A stretch of 64,000 nucleotides of DNA. Source: Rhina ancylostomus. Its lineage: Eukaryota. Shown in pieces: positions 63,165 through 64,000 of the stretch. Location: positions 86,026,416 to 86,090,415 of the forward strand of contig JARFYF010000052.1 in assembly GCA_030265395.1 (NCBI GenBank). The letters are read 5' to 3'. Within the stretch, counting starts at the first letter, position 1, and every line of letters starts with the position of its first letter. Both the position numbers and the translations under genes were made by a program. The notes below the pieces were generated by a model, which saw only the letters and a program-made list of their open reading frames with translations, was not told where the DNA came from and made no database searches.

Positions 63165-64000
63165 CTAAGAAAAGTTCCTAACAAAGTCTGGACTGATATC
63201 TTCTTCCTTTAAAGGACAAAATCAAAATATAACTCATTGGCATCTAGCTGTTTAGATCATCTGCAGCTCATTTTAAAACAAGGTAACAACTGATAGGTTG
63301 GAATAGGGGAGGATAAGCAATGTAATTACGTGGAGTATTTCCAGGCAGCCATCATTGGGTGCCCACAATTGGTGTTGGTGGAAGGTGGTTCACAAACTCC
63401 ATCCAGAAGTGGATGACAGAGAAGAAGCTCTCTTGCAGGAGAGGCATCATCAGACATGGCTCCAAATCATCCTGCAAACCAAACTGCTAATAAGTAGCAT
63501 AGCTTTCCATTGGCAGACAATGAAAGCTGTTCTGTTACGGTAGCTGCTCATTCTTAAATGGTTAAACTCTGGCAGTATCCACTGTATGCACTTGGTGTCC
63601 TTAACTCGTTACACCTGCCACAAGCTCTCCATACTACAGTAAGGTCTAAATGAAGGAAGAAAGAGTATACACCCTGTAGCAGACAAACAAAATCTTGCTG
63701 GGAGAATGTCTCCCAGTTCAGAAGCACATATACAGTATTATGGGACATACACTCAGCTGAGCAATAAATAATTATTACACAGAGGTAATCATTCAGAGAG
63801 AAATAATTCTTTAAGTGAGCTCCTCTTTCTAACATTCCCACTCCCAACATTGTGTCATCCTGATANNNNNNNNNNNNNNNNNNNNNNNNNNNNNNNNNNN
63901 NNNNNNNNNNNNNNNNNNNNNNNNNNNNNNNNNNNNNNNNNNNNNNNNNNNNNNNNNNNNNNNNNTGATAAATAATTTTATAATATTGTGGACCTGAAAT

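Noticed and set aside
63330-63471. Possible upstream minus-strand exon with gccATG (MSDDASPARELL...)
   Set aside because: It would end in phase 2, and joining it to either nearby acceptor gives an early stop. The donor is weak.
1-64000. CRISPR arrays, operons or prokaryotic defence systems
   Set aside because: No repeat-spacer arrays or gene-dense regions. The sequence is repeat-rich vertebrate DNA.

Overview
Vertebrate genomic DNA, not prokaryotic. The repeat set (CR1 and Rex1/Babar LINEs, HE1-like V-SINE, DeuSINE, Penelope-derived tails) points to a cartilaginous fish, probably a ray-like batoid (inference). The assembly is a draft with many N gaps, often exactly 100 N. Much of the window is decayed mobile DNA: CR1, Rex1/Babar, RTE and L2-like LINEs, Ty3/Gypsy relics, solo LTRs, SINEs and one pogo/Tigger-like MITE. 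Nearly all ORF-track entries are TE remnants or chance ORFs. One plausible host coding exon was found (63066-63164, minus strand, 33 codons, gene not recognised), so most of the window may be one very large intron; it contains several repeat-free blocks that look like conserved enhancers. Best leads: a dispersed Penelope-linked family with minimal hammerhead-ribozyme topology, often in fold-back form; a 68-nt pre-miRNA-sized bistable hairpin at 50564-50631; and a V-SINE whose tail resembles Rex1 rather than CR1. No new multi-gene system can be demonstrated from sequence alone. Family names come from motif recall, not database searches, and most repeat boundaries are approximate.
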